A stretch of 64,000 nucleotides of DNA from Babesia bigemina (Eukaryota): NCBI RefSeq assembly GCF_000981445.1, contig NC_027216.1, positions 1,612,001 through 1,676,000 of the forward strand, written 5' to 3'. Below the pieces are notes generated by a model, which saw only the letters and a list, made by a program, of their open reading frames with translations, had not been told where the DNA came from and did not search any database. This document shows, piece after piece, positions 36,201-47,851 of this stretch (position 1 is its first letter; the number at the start of each line of letters is the position of its first letter). Both the position numbers and the translations under genes were made by a program.

Positions 36201-36243
36201 CATCGTCATCGTCGAAAAGAATGACAACGTGACGATGGACTGA
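33205..36243 (+). CDS. RPN1: 26S proteasome non-ATPase regulatory subunit RPN1 (PSMD2)
   Basis: 1012 aa; ITSVPKALQFL, WGNEY, DAIDLLLEVD, FVNAFVNCGFGTD, RRAVPLALAL, GFQTHQTPVL and ERAELATEEY. Confidence 0.96.
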   Translation: MKSKRKDNLSDADLAYKEELDTLVRQLIESRLEDAAAQPILQLLVEHATRSGGNITSVPKALQFLIEHKAALYDLYSAHMSGTGDDSYSVVLLLELMSFLDAIATPDDATEDQKKPAKEADKFKLMLYKVEAVMAARRMLANPATPAEVREKIASRKIQDWGNEYLTSLSTQIVAFFNLPETRDVYDSLPRSSDQMDVVAAEKQSVLQKFDTALLIPETLKFAEEITDYFFQNGFEYDAIDLLLEVDLIESIRRKCGNDHDLITRVTSYIISISAFGATYVETRRMLVVAYEMLLEAGRSAEALRIALKLDDQEKVRDVIFGCTNAATRRQLAYICASHGKYLSLAEKGGAESVLTPEDLDEIRGISSGEHLSGFFLILATELDVIEPKAPQDIFRSYPATKLNANFNITDGRLSKNMAFDSALGNLSHTFVNAFVNCGFGTDMLINVPDSDWVFHHFEYGLLCAAASVGLISLWNVEEGLSKVDKYEYSSNPYVKAGSYAAYGISSCNVVPESDPLSGLLLDKLETPDKTLCLGAVLGVAFGYAGTQRESLLEYLVPIVVSDETQYPHECSAMAAVALGLIFVGSGRQEASEAIVQKLLDLPDNTMDMPAKCQFACALGILQLGRMDASEVVIEALKAVEGEHGRIAELMVEACAYAGSGDVIRIQQFLKCCASAENEPKAKEAKQDADDAMEVDIPPKSPKQSAIDAAVSAVKNASETGGHDTKKEVKPARVGFKLDDDTSSAKRSVVNQSSVAILGIALTALGDSVGCAMLLRLFEHPLAFGSPCERRAVPLALALAYASNPSPQVIDALSKLTHDVDYYVSMHAIFALGIVGAGTNNARIAIKLQNLARSHTRDTTVTFIIRIAAGLLHMGKGTTTISPLHSEGLLLRKTALAGLLVTMTAALDMKNTFTHSMPFTLLFVAPAIRPRWMLTLLPNLEHVQVPCRVGNMVETTGTVGKQRRISGFQTHQTPVLVGASERAELATEEYVPCTTVLEGIVIVEKNDNVTMD

Positions 36244-36505
36244 CGCAGTAGCAACGAACCAAACAGGGTGTAATGTAGTCTCGTCTGTAGCTTTGCACCG
36301 TATAGCGTAGTGGCGGCCGATATGTGAGCGTGGTGAGTTATGCGTTTCCGCGCCGGCCCTGCCCCCGTTGAGGGGCGAGCCGTGCTCGCCCCGAGGGGCG
36401 GCGTGGTCGGCGCCACGGCACGCAGTAGCGTGGACCCAATAGCGTTATATGTAGTGGCACGCGGTGCACGCGGCGATATGGTAACAAAACATTAAGCTGG
36501 TGTCG

Positions 36506-38947
36506 TCAGGCTGAAAGCAGCATCTCCAGAGACTCGCCGACGTCGGAACCGCAGTAGTTGCAAATCACGAGCAGCTGCGAAATGTCGGCGCGGTAGCGCT
36601 GCAGGCGGGCGGGCTCGGACGGGCGGGCGCCGGCGAGCTTCTCGAGCTCCTCGTCGACGAACACGGTGAACGCCTGGCCCAGGATTCGGCTGGGGAGCGT
36701 GTCGTCATCCGCGAACACCGGTAGCAGCGCCGTGAAGTACCCGCTCAGCAGCAGCACAGAACTGGAAACGTCAGTGTCGGACTCCTGCTCGGCAGCGGCG
36801 TTCGCGTAGTTGCGCATTATGCCGGAGGCCTTGCGGGCTATGAACCGCACGATGCTGGTGACGGCGGCGGAGACGGCGCCCGACTCGTCGTGGAAGAACG
36901 ACCGCCCGTCCGCGCAGAAGGACTCACCAAAACATTGGCGCACCGAAGCGTTCACGCCATCCAGCGATGTCATGCGCCCGCCGGCGACGCACCACTGGGT
37001 TATGGCCGTTGGCAGCACGGACTGCTGCTGCCCGGGGGTTGCGGCGGCAGCCAGCGATTTATCCATGACGTCGGCCATGCTGCCGCTGCCGCCGGCGAGC
37101 GCCAGCAAAACGCGCCGGCAGTCGGACTCGGTCTCCGTGTCCATATCGCGGCCCACCTCGCGCTGGCCCAGGGCAGTGAAGTAGCTGCTCAGCGAGTCGC
37201 TGCAGCCGGACATTACCGCCCTGTAGCACTCCCTCAGGCGCCAGAGCAGCAGCCTGTTGTAGATCCAGGCCAGAGGCGGATAAATGGCGACATCGTCGCC
37301 ATGCGACAGGATGCCGTTGCTCGCGCATTTCAGGCCTGACGCGTAGCTCACCAGCTGGTCTAGGCGAGCGATGTGGTCGTCCAGAGAGGCGGAGGACGCG
37401 GCTGGGGCGCTGCGCCAGCAGTTCTCCGCGCTGAGCTCGTCAAGTGCGTTCAGGTAGCGAACCAGCATGCCCTTGGGCAGCACTGGCATCTGGCAAATTT
37501 CAGCGTGGAAGGGCAACGCGGAAAACGCTTCCACCAGCTTGTCGGCGGCCGGCTGCGCGGACGTCATCACCTCCGTAGCGACGGTGAGGAAGACGGCGCG
37601 CGGCAGCCGCGCGAGGGTCTCGTCGAAAACCTCAAAGTACAGCAGGGCATTGTGCACGACATCGCGCAGGCAGCTGTTGAGCGCCGCATCGGGGTTGGCG
37701 CAAACGTTGCGCGCACCCATGGCGGCGAAGAAACCCTTGAACAAAGCCATGTGCTCAGTGACCAACCTGACCAGCAGGTCGTAGAAGGCGTTCATGGTGG
37801 CGGCGCAGGACGACACTATGACGCCCACGTCGTCCGGCAAAAGCGCGAGGTCGCTACCGCCAGGAAGGTTGCTGGCGTGCTCTTCCCAGATGCCGAAGAA
37901 CTGGCTGTTCAGCAGACCATCCAGGACCCGACGGAAGCATTGCGCCAATAACGTCTCGGTGTAAGACGGCCTGAACACGCCCGCCGCCAGCTCGACAAGA
38001 CGGCGGAAGGCCTCAGCGGAAAGTTCCGGCGAGGGCACGTCGCTCGTTTCAAACGGTGAGAAGAAGAACGTGCAGACGTCGTAGCAGATGTCGCTCACCA
38101 GTTCCGAGTATTTCAGCCGCAGGCTCTCCAGAGTACCCGACATGTGGCCGAAATTGGGGTCGTTCAGGAAACACCGCTCCACGGTCGAATGCAAACGCAT
38201 GAAAATGTCGCGCAGCGCAGTTGCATTTGCGTACGTGAAGCCCGCGGCGGCATCGTCCGATAGCAGCATCCCCGTGAGGAGGCCGCCCTTCTCCCTGAAG
38301 CGCTCGAATGACTGCAGGGAACCCTGAATCGCGCGCAGGGTGTCGTCCCAGTTGTGGATCAGCGAGACCGCGCTCATGTTCAGTGTCAGGACCCTATGGA
38401 GGTAGTCAAGCGTGTGGAGATCGCGCAGCTTCATGTGCTTGTGCGAGATGGAGTCAACCACCTCCTCGCACTGATGCAGCGAACTGGCCAGCTCCGTAAC
38501 GTCCAGAGGAGCACCGGCGGAGCTCGACGAGCGGACGACAGCCGTCAGTTTTTCCAGCTTGCCATTCGCCTCGCGTTGCAGGGTGTCCGCCTGTCGCCAC
38601 AGCGCAGTGTTGAGGCTGTCCAGGCGCTGCAAGAGGTCTTCAAGGGAGGGCGCGGCGTCCCGCCGTGCTCCATCAGCGGGGGAACCAGCATCATGCCGGG
38701 TGTGGACCGGCAACGCAGTCTGGGATCCGTAAACATCCACATAGGCTGACGAGGGGCTTCCTAAGCCCATGGCGTCGATGTCGCTCGACGGCGCGTGCGG
38801 TTCGCCCGTTTTAGGCGAATGGACGCCGGTCACCGTGTCGGCAGTCACGCCGTCGGGGCTGCTGGCGTACAGACAATGGCGGTTCAGCAGCCAGTTGAGG
38901 CTCTGATCGCCGCTGCACAGCAGCTCCAAGTCGTGTTCGTCTAACAT
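36506..38947 (-). CDS. Helical tethering-complex-like protein, possibly COG7
   Basis: 813-aa ORF with coding-type codon bias and N-terminal coiled coil. The C-terminal LLSGYFTALLP...RYRADISQLLVICNYCG loosely resembles COG7 (QLATDIDYL.NV..ALG). The CDS is solid; the family is tentative. Confidence 0.5.
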   Translation of the reverse strand: MLDEHDLELLCSGDQSLNWLLNRHCLYASSPDGVTADTVTGVHSPKTGEPHAPSSDIDAMGLGSPSSAYVDVYGSQTALPVHTRHDAGSPADGARRDAAPSLEDLLQRLDSLNTALWRQADTLQREANGKLEKLTAVVRSSSSAGAPLDVTELASSLHQCEEVVDSISHKHMKLRDLHTLDYLHRVLTLNMSAVSLIHNWDDTLRAIQGSLQSFERFREKGGLLTGMLLSDDAAAGFTYANATALRDIFMRLHSTVERCFLNDPNFGHMSGTLESLRLKYSELVSDICYDVCTFFFSPFETSDVPSPELSAEAFRRLVELAAGVFRPSYTETLLAQCFRRVLDGLLNSQFFGIWEEHASNLPGGSDLALLPDDVGVIVSSCAATMNAFYDLLVRLVTEHMALFKGFFAAMGARNVCANPDAALNSCLRDVVHNALLYFEVFDETLARLPRAVFLTVATEVMTSAQPAADKLVEAFSALPFHAEICQMPVLPKGMLVRYLNALDELSAENCWRSAPAASSASLDDHIARLDQLVSYASGLKCASNGILSHGDDVAIYPPLAWIYNRLLLWRLRECYRAVMSGCSDSLSSYFTALGQREVGRDMDTETESDCRRVLLALAGGSGSMADVMDKSLAAAATPGQQQSVLPTAITQWCVAGGRMTSLDGVNASVRQCFGESFCADGRSFFHDESGAVSAAVTSIVRFIARKASGIMRNYANAAAEQESDTDVSSSVLLLSGYFTALLPVFADDDTLPSRILGQAFTVFVDEELEKLAGARPSEPARLQRYRADISQLLVICNYCGSDVGESLEMLLSA

Positions 38948-39226
38948 CTTAGGCGCGCAGGTGTACCTAAAGCTGGCCGGCGCAGCGGAAGTAGAGCGGC
39001 GAGACACACATCACCGAGTGGTGATCGTCGGACGAAACGCCCGAAACGGACTCGCAGAAGTACCGGTGTTCACGGGTTGCGCAGCCGCTGGCGATGTGTG
39101 CCCCGGGAGGGGACCTTATCGCGCAAGATGCCGCGAGGTACGCCTGTGGGGAAAACGAAACACATTTCTCACTTAAAAACGCCATAGCTGTGGCGTATAT
39201 CGCGACCTGTATTGTAGTTTTAAATA

Positions 39227-40914
39227 ATGACGGCGCCAGAAGAAGAAGGCGAGTCCAAGACCGCCTCCAACCCCTTGAACGATGCCGAAATCAACATCCT
39301 CAAGAGCTATGTGAGTTTGCCCGGAAATGGCGTGAAACGCCGACATACGTGCTCCGCATATGCGGTTTGATGTGCTGTGTACGCGTTAATCGAGCGTATT
39401 GAGAACCGTTGCCCGTGCGTGTCGCTGCTTGCGTAATGCTCATGTCTCCCGGAGTCGGAGCCCATATGGTCGCAGGGAGTCGGTCCGTACACGGAGTCGA
39501 TCAAGAACGCAGACAAGGACATCAAGGATGTCGTGCAGCGAGTTAACAAGCTTTCCGGTGAGTGGCCGGGCGGTTTGGGCACGCCGCCGCCGTGATGCAA
39601 GCACCTAACACTGCCCGCAGGCATCAAGGAAAGCGACACCGGACTCAACCCGCCGCACATGTGGGACCTGATGTACGACCAGCAGGCGCTGCAGGAGGGA
39701 ATGCCGCTCCAAGTAGCGCGGTGCACCAGCATCATAAGCCCCGGCACGCCGCAGGCGAAATACGTCATCAACGTCAAGCAAATCGCCAAGTTCGTTGTGG
39801 TAGGTTTGGCGTTTATAACTGCGCCTGTGTGCGGTTATTCGGTTGTTTTGGCTCATATGTAACCAGGGTCTGGGAGAGAAGGCCGCTGCTACCGATATCG
39901 AGGAGGGGATGAGAGTCGGGTAAGTAACAACAAAAGCGGCACAATCACCCGTTCAGCGTTGACCGCAACAAGTACAAGATACAAATATCGTTGCCGCCGA
40001 GGATTGACCCCTCGGTCACAATGATGACGGTCGAGGAGAAGCCGGACGTCACGTACAACGACGTCGGCGGCTGCAAAGAGCAGCTGGAGAAGCTGAGGGA
40101 GGTGGTTGAAATGCCGCTGCTCTACCCGGAGCGATTCGTCTCACTCGGTATTGACCCGCCGAAGGGTGTGCTGCTCTACGGGCCGCCTGGTATGTGACCC
40201 TTGTCGGCCGTGACAACGCTGCAGGCACGGGGAAAACACTGACCGCCAGGGCCGTCGCCAACAGGACGGACGCGTGCTTCATATGTGTCATCGGCTCGGA
40301 ACTGGTGCAGAAGTACGTTGGAGAAGGAGCCAGGCTGGTGCGTGAGCTGTTCCAAATGGCGCGCTCAAAGAAGGCGTGCATCCTGTTCATCGACGAAGTC
40401 GACGCCATCGGTGGCTCCAGGGGCGACGAATCGGCGAACGGAGACCACGAGGTGCAGCGTACTATGCTTGAAATAGTCAACCAGCTTGACGGTTTCGACG
40501 CCAGAGGAAACATCAAGGTACTCATGGCCACCAACAGGCCGGACACCCTGGACCCGGCGCTGCTGCGGCCGGGGCGTATCGACCGCAAAATAGAATTCGG
40601 GCTGCCCGATCTCGAGGTAAGAGGTTTTAGCGCATGATAACGGAAACACGCGCGCGCAGGGACGGAAACACATCTTCAAGATTCACGCAAAGACCATGAG
40701 CGTCGAGAAGAACATCAGGTACGAGCTGCTCGCAAGGCTATGCCCGAGCAGCACCGGCGCCGACCTGCGCAGCGTGTGCACGGAGGCGGGAATGTACGCC
40801 ATCAGGGCACGCAGGAAGAGCATCTCGGAGAAGGACTTCATCGACGCCATCACCAAGGTCATACACGGGTACAAGAAATTCTCGGCGACCGGCCGGTACA
40901 TGGTGTACAACTAA
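39227..40914 (+). CDS. RPT1: 26S proteasome AAA-ATPase RPT1 (PSMC2), 7 exons
   Basis: [37 protein letters not shown], Walker A GPPG/TGKT split by an intron, [22 protein letters not shown]. Confidence 0.97.
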
Positions 40915-41154
40915 ACACACACTGTTTAAAACGCATATACTGTCATCCATTAGCTACACATGGGCCGGTTGGGGACCTGACGGCACGGCGGGCGAGCCGA
41001 GACTCGTTGGGTTACACATTGTGTAGACACCGCCGCCTACCCGCAGCACGGAGTAAATATGCAGCCGAAAGGCTCCTGTTGCTAATAACGGCGAATGCCG
41101 AACATTTGAAACAACCACTGCTGTGTACACCGTAGGCGAACGACCCGCGAGAAG

Positions 41155-42474
41155 ATGGGAGGAATCAGCGGGATATACATCCTCGACAACAAGGGGAGGA
41201 TGATGATCAACCGCACATATAAGGACGATGTGCTCGCAAACATTCCGGAGTCATTCTACAACAACGTGCTCCTGCAGGAGCCGAACGCCGTGCGGCCCGT
41301 GTACCACTGCGACGGAAGCACGTTCTGCTGGATACTGCACAGCGACATGTACTTCCTCGCCGCAGCGTCAGCCAACTACAACGTCACCATGGTCCTCTCA
41401 TTCCTCTACCGGTTCGTCAAGGTGCTGGAGGGGTACTTCAAAAACCTGATGGAGGACCGCATCCGCGAGAATTTCGTCATTATATACGAGCTCCTGGACG
41501 AAATGCTTGACAACGGCTACCCACAGGCCACGGAGGTCAGCGTGCTCAGGGAGTGCATACGCAACCGCTACCACCAAATGACCATAGACGCCGTCAAGCC
41601 GCCGACGGCGATGACCAACGCCGTTTCGTGGAGACGCGAGGGAATCAAGCACAAGAAAAACGAAATCTTCCTCGACGTAGTGGAGAGTTTGGACATCGTT
41701 GTGTCCGCCTCCGGTGCCGTGCTGCGCTCGGAGATCCGCGGGTGCCTTAAAATGAAATCGTACCTCTCGGGCATGCCGCAACTATACCTGGGTTTTAACG
41801 ATAAGACGGTCTTCGACATGGCGGCGGGCAGGGATTTGGCCGCATTCGGAGGCGCTGGCTTCAACAGAAACCCGCAAATGAAGACCGTGGAATTGGAAGA
41901 TGTCAAGTTCCATCAGTGCGTGCAGCTCGAAAAGTTCGAGTCCGATCGTACCATTAGCTTCATCCCCCCAGACGGAGAATTCGAGCTAATGACTTATCGC
42001 CTCAACTGCCCCGTCAAACCGCTTTTCTGGTGCGACATCATGGTGAACAACAAGTCCACCACGCGCATCGAATTCACAGTGCGAGCAGTCTCGCAGTTCA
42101 AGTCGAAAACAATCGCCAACAACGTCGAGTTCCACGTGCCGGTGCCGCCGGACGTCAAGGATCCCAACTTCAAGACCACCATCGGATCGGGCAAGTACGT
42201 CCCAGATCGTGATGCCATCATTTGGGCGATCAAGGAGTTCCAGGGCGAGAAGGAGTTCGTGCTTTCCGCGTCGTTCGGGCTCCCTTCGGTCTCAGACGAC
42301 AACAGAAACGCCTTTGCCAAGAACCCGGTAAAGGTGTCGTTCGAAATACCATACTTCACCGTGTCGGGGATATCGGTCAAGCACCTCAGAATTACGGAGA
42401 GCTGCGGATACCAGGCGCTTCCGTGGATCAGGTACATCACACAAAATGGCGATTATCAGATACGCATGTCGTGA
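41155..42474 (+). CDS. AP1M1: AP-1 adaptor complex mu subunit
   Basis: 439 aa; ENFVIIYELLDEMLDNGYPQ, VSWRREGIKHKKNEIFLDV, ISFIPPDGEFELM, FEIPYFTVSG and YQALPWIRYITQNG. Confidence 0.95.
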   Translation: MGGISGIYILDNKGRMMINRTYKDDVLANIPESFYNNVLLQEPNAVRPVYHCDGSTFCWILHSDMYFLAAASANYNVTMVLSFLYRFVKVLEGYFKNLMEDRIRENFVIIYELLDEMLDNGYPQATEVSVLRECIRNRYHQMTIDAVKPPTAMTNAVSWRREGIKHKKNEIFLDVVESLDIVVSASGAVLRSEIRGCLKMKSYLSGMPQLYLGFNDKTVFDMAAGRDLAAFGGAGFNRNPQMKTVELEDVKFHQCVQLEKFESDRTISFIPPDGEFELMTYRLNCPVKPLFWCDIMVNNKSTTRIEFTVRAVSQFKSKTIANNVEFHVPVPPDVKDPNFKTTIGSGKYVPDRDAIIWAIKEFQGEKEFVLSASFGLPSVSDDNRNAFAKNPVKVSFEIPYFTVSGISVKHLRITESCGYQALPWIRYITQNGDYQIRMS

Positions 42475-42764
42475 AACGGTCTTTTAAAACTGGAGCGATT
42501 CCGCCTAACGCACTATGTAACAAATCAGCTCACATCTGGCGACGCGCTACGATGTGTAGCCTTCCACATGATGTTCACGGTAGCAGTAGTATTTGTGCTC
42601 GCAAGCACGTAGCCGTGGGTTACCGACCGCGCTGCCGAGCCAGTTGCTTCCATCGTTGTCTACACACTGTGCAGCGCGAATCTGGTTATTGGACCAACGC
42701 ATGAGCAAACTCTCAACAAAGCGGTGGTGTTAGATGTATATGGCGCCTATAATGTACTGGACAA

Positions 42765-45556
42765 ATGCTAACAAAACGGTTCTTCGGGTTCATGGGACCC
42801 CGCAGCCGCAAGGTCGGAGGGGACGCTGAGATTTTTTCGAAAAATGCGTCGCAGCTCGCCCATCTGGTGAGAATTGTTTCCAGGGTAGGTGTTAGTCCGG
42901 ATTCCAATGTTAATGTGAGAAACGGATTTGCCGTGTTGGAGCGCTGATAGTTGACACAGAGGGAGAAGGAAGACAGTCGCTTCTGGAGCCAAGTTACGCG
43001 GCGGCTTGTGTACATCATCGACACAATCAGCACGAAACAACTGTCCTATATTGCGAATGGATTGGCTCGAGCACGAGTTGCCGACCCGGAAACGTGGGAC
43101 TCAATTGTAAAACGGCACTACCAGTTGCAGCACGTGAGTTACGCTGAGGTATTTAATACAAACGTGCAGGAGTACAATGTTAAGGATCTGGTGCTCATGG
43201 CCAATGCTTTGGCGAAGGTGAAATCTGTCGAAAATGGAGTTTTCCAGAGTATAATCCAGAGAATAAAAGTAAAGTTTCAACTGTCACCTGTTAGCACTCA
43301 CAGGATTCTGACACAACCGTACCTCCTAGGTACATCGCGGTGTTGATCAACTCCATGGCGACGTAAGCCCATATATTGTGTTGGTAAAAGCGTGCAGTGC
43401 GGGGTACAGCGAAACCAAAGTTGTGGAGTCCCTTTTGGACCGGCTAGATCTAGAGGGTTCGCAGATGTCGGTAGTCTCCATGGCAATACTGCTGGATGGG
43501 TAAAGTAGGCTCTATATTAGCATATCGTGAATATAGGTTGTATAATCTGAGGCACCGCAATAGAAGGGTTTTGGCATGCCTTGCGGAGAGGCTGAAAAAT
43601 GTCCTCACGGATCCCAAGGGGGCAGATGTTTCACGGCAACGTGATGAAGCAAGTGTTGCAGCAATAGGATACTCCGATACCTCCTCTCGCCTAAGAAGAT
43701 ATGTAGACATGTCAAGGGTAAAACTGTATTTTAGAGAAGAAAACGTTTGATCAGACAGATGAGTCTACGGCGTCAGACGTGTCGGCAAACGATGCGACAC
43801 GAAGAGGAAATGATTACGGAACCGTAAATTCCAATCCAGTTACCACACAACAGTTGGTACTTATACATCGGGCGTATTCACAATTCGCGTTTTACGACAA
43901 AAGGCTCTTCGATCTCTTTTTCAGACAGATGGTATGCACCCATGCCCCTCCGTTGATGATGCTCAGGTTTTGCTAGGCAATAAATTGAAACCGTTGGAGA
44001 TAGTTATCATTGCGAATTCAATGGGTAAATCAAAGCTTCATGTATGTTGGATGTGGCTTTATTATCATGTTGCAGAACCAGGCCGTTGTCGACCTTCTAT
44101 GCAAAAGGGTTATCGCACAGAAATCGGGGTTCACGATGGACATGATTGCTGTTTTTTTACATGGCATATGTGTCCCCCGCGATAATAATAATAATAGGGG
44201 TATGCTATCAAAGTGCAAATTATCAACGCTACTGCAGAATTTTTCACAAAAATCTTTGAAGCTATCATTGAGAATACTTTCGAAGGCGAAATAAATGCAA
44301 AGCATTGCCTGACAATGCTACAGATTATGACAAAGGTTGGAACTCCATAGGCCGTATTGATGAATTGTAGGTTAAACCGGCACAAGACACCTGTGTAACG
44401 TTTTTCGTAAATAGGCTCCTGGATCTTCGTGACGAGCTAAGCGGACTTGTTAGTTAGCAGTTGCGCATGTGTTATGTTCGTCAAACAGGAAACGGCGAAC
44501 GCTGTGGCATACATTACGAAATTGGACGCTAACTATGCGCATTTAAGCGCATTTGTCGAAAGATACATCGACAGATACGACAAGGATGATGCGATACGAA
44601 ACGCCCAGCATCTGGTCATATTGTTCTACGCACTCTCCAGGGCGGAAGGAGACACATTTGACAAATATCGCAATACTTTATTGGGTAAGCGAAAGCAACG
44701 TGCAAGATATTGTGTTGCAGAACTGCTGCACGAGATCCCAACGAAATACTACGATCCCATGCAAGTCGCCAACATTCTTAGGGTAATGGCAACACGTAAA
44801 ATACACGACGTACGGTTACTATCGGAGCTGTCACGATATGTGGAGATCAAGATGCAAACGGTTAGGAATGTTCGCAGGGTGCGATATGAAAGATGCAGTT
44901 CTCTTCCCAGCTCCTGTCTAGTTCTCTTCAGTCCCTTCAAGAGCTCACGGTTATCACGACTGAGATGTTGTCACGCCTTTGTCAATACGGTATGTTTTGG
45001 ATGCGATGTTAATTGTGCGCTACATTAGAAGATTACATAAGTATCTCCATCGATTATATAGTGACACTCACGCGACGGGGATATGTGCATTAAACAATTT
45101 ATGCCCCTTAGGAGAAATCCCGGTCATACATGCCTGCACAACTGGGATGTTTGAACCCATAAGTACAGTATATACGTTTTCCTAACGACTCTATGCAGTG
45201 TCAAAAGTCAACAGAAGGGCGCATAATAGAGACTACTTGCTCTTCCTGCACATTTTAAGTGCTGAGTCGAGCTCCCGCAGACCGGATGATGGGACCGTCA
45301 AACAAGACATTCTAGCAGCATACGATGCCATTATTGACAGAATGTGTGAAAATCGCAAGCTCTTGATGCAGAATGAAACAGCCGAGGTGAGACCCAACAG
45401 GCCCACAACAAAAACCAGCTACAGGACGTATTGCGGCACTGCATTCCCAAAATCAAGGAACTTAGGAATGCCTTTGACGCGGAAGATGTAGAATCTCAGA
45501 GGATTGCAGCGAATGTCGCCGAAAAAGTCATGTGCCTTGTGGAAGGCTCTGAATAA
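42765..45556 (+). CDS. Multi-exon helical-repeat (HPR/RAP-associated type) putative mitochondrial RNA-binding protein
   Basis: Basic N-terminus MLTKRFFGFMGPRSRK and recurring units STKQLSYIANGLAR, NVKDLVLMANALAK, TQQLVLIHRAYSQF...D.RLF, PLEIVIIANSMG, PMQVANILRVMA. Many short introns; exact structure not fully resolved. Confidence 0.65.
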
Positions 45557-45780
45557 ACGTTTAATGTTAGCCTCTAATATATAGAGAATTGCACTTTAAT
45601 ATAGACGCACATCCATGGATATGGCATGGAAATTTATGTTATAACGGCGACCTGAGAAACGGTTCACGTTTCTGACTAGTGTGTAGACGCTAACTATTTC
45701 CCCACACATAGCGAAAAAGCGCGTCGAAAAGGAGCTTCGACACGCAACCAACATACCATTATAACTATTGAAACGCCAAC

Positions 45781-47361
45781 ATGGTCATATCTAAGCTAAG
45801 AAGGACGGGTTTCATTTTTAATTTGTCAGCCTGTCTACTGATCTCTCGTGCCTTGCTGTTGGAGGCGAGGATCAGAGGAAATGGATTCTGCAGCCTTAAC
45901 GCAGGCATTGGTGGCAAGACTATAGATGATGGCATACGTTTGAAAGGTAGGTGTGCGCTCTGTACTGTCTTCCATTCGTTGTACATTGTATATTGCGTAA
46001 TTTAACACGGTACTGATCACGGTGCAGCACATGAATCGCAAGCCTTCATTAGGCATCCTGTTGGCGAAAGTGGGTTGTCAAAGAGTGTCGCAACCCGCTT
46101 AACCAACGCCGATGGACTCAAATTCGCCAGCGATGGAGTCGGAATCAAGAGCATAAGGGCGACCCGTACCTTCGCACTGCCACCGAAAAATGAAGTAACA
46201 ATCAATAACGAGAAAGCCATTGTGGAACAAGGCGGTAGCAACATAAACACAGCTGTTGTGAAGAGCTCTGTTGCGCCTCCTGTCAACGTGGGAAGGATCT
46301 CAGACGGAAATACAAGCAGCGCCGTAGCGACCGCCAAAGACGCGCTCAAGAGCATATCCATGCTCTCGCTATGGTACGCAGGCACGGTGATGTACAACAT
46401 AGAGAATAAAAAGGCTCTTAACATGTGCCCGCTGCCAAAGTCGATAGCGGCTATGCAGATGCTCATCGGTATACCCTACTTCCTCACCAGATGGTTGGCA
46501 GGCATAAAGGCTGTACCGTCAATCTCAATCTCAAATGATGGCGTAGAAAAGGTGGACCCGAATCAAGGTGTGCTTCAAACAATAAAGAGCAGGGTTAAAA
46601 ACGCTCTTGCGCGCGTTAGGAATACGGTGCAAGCGTACTCGTCGGTTCTTAAGCAGAGCGCTGTATTTTCCATGCTGCACCTGCTGTCAGTAACGGCGCT
46701 GGGTGCTGGAGCTATCAGTTTTGTTCACATCGTGAAGGCCAGCGAACCGCTGTTTGTATCCGCGATTTCACTGCTCAGCGGAACAGGATCAATGTCGCCA
46801 GTCACGTTCCTCACCCTATTACCGATTCTGGGTGGCGTCGCCATGGCATCGGTCAAGGACGTTAATTTCAACCCAGTTGCATTCGCCACTTCCTTGGCGT
46901 CGAATGTATGTGCCTCTATTAGGCGCATAGAGGCGAAGAAATTCTTCAAGCAGGATCTGAGCAAGATCGGAAGTAACCTTGACGCAACGAACGTCTCGTC
47001 GTTGGTGACCATCATCAGCTCACTGATTCTCGCTCCACTCGCTTTGTTGGAGGCGCCGCAGTGGGCCAGTATGTACAAAAGCGTCCTCTACAAATTCGGC
47101 AGCAAGGGACTTCTCCAGCTTGCAAGGCACATCGCATTGTCCGGATTCTTCTACACTCTGTATAACGAGGTGTCCTTCGTCGCACTATCGCAGCTTACTC
47201 CAGTGAGCCACGCCGTCGCAAACACCCTGAAACGCATTTTCCTCATCATTACAAGCTCCATCCTCTTCAAAACCAAAATCACAAACATGGGCCTGTACGG
47301 CTCAGCCACGGCAATCACCGGAGCTATGCTATACTCACTCAGCAAACATTACATGGGGTAA
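45781..47361 (+). CDS. Apicoplast triose-phosphate/PEP phosphate translocator with N-terminal leader, 2 exons (499 aa)
   Basis: WYAGTVMYNIENKKALN, FVHIVKASEPLF and YNEVSFVALSQLTPVSHAVANTLKR motifs. Exon 45781-45946 (hydrophobic leader) joins 46028-47361 in frame, consistent with bipartite targeting. Confidence 0.92.
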
Positions 47362-47548
47362 ACCGATTTGCAATGACTTTTTGGTAAAATATGAAATGGA
47401 GTAACGCATTTTTAATCAATGTTCCACATTGGGTGTGCTGTGGTTATTATGCACGAGGTTGTAGGTGATTTTACACCTTCGTTACTGTTGTAGTTCTGTT
47501 ACAAAATGATTAACAAATGATTAGCAGAGTGATTCCTGCAATGTGAGA

Positions 47549-47851
47549 TTAATAAGTACCCGGCGGTGGGTATCGCTCGTACGGGTCATAAATGTCCGGA
47601 AGGCTAAAAAAGTAATCATGAATCCCATGGAATGGCCATATACGTTGCTCTATCATGTAATATCCAACTACAATGATGAGCAAAAAGAGTAGAACGCTGC
47701 CCAAAAGTGGTAGAGTTAGTTTTAGGCTTTCCTTGAACCTTTCTTTACAGCATCGGCATTTGCAACCAAATATTTTTGAGCAACTCGTACAAGTTCTTTG
47801 ACAGCCTATCCCTCCGGTTGTTGAAAACGCACAGACACATTTGTCGGTCAT
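47549..47851 (-). CDS. Small Cys-rich single-TM protein (100 aa)
   Basis: MTDKCVCAFSTTGGIGCQRTCTSCSKIFGCKCRCC (9 Cys in 35 aa), TM LPLLGSVLLFLLIIVVGYYM, Tyr/Pro-rich tail. Uninterrupted ORF from ATG 47851. Confidence 0.7.
   Translation of the reverse strand: MTDKCVCAFSTTGGIGCQRTCTSCSKIFGCKCRCCKERFKESLKLTLPLLGSVLLFLLIIVVGYYMIEQRIWPFHGIHDYFFSLPDIYDPYERYPPPGTY

Noticed and set aside
33205..40914. RPN1 and RPT1 (interacting proteasome base subunits) about 3 kb apart
   Set aside because: Separated by an unrelated opposite-strand gene; no shared upstream motif seen; plausible by chance in a compact genome.
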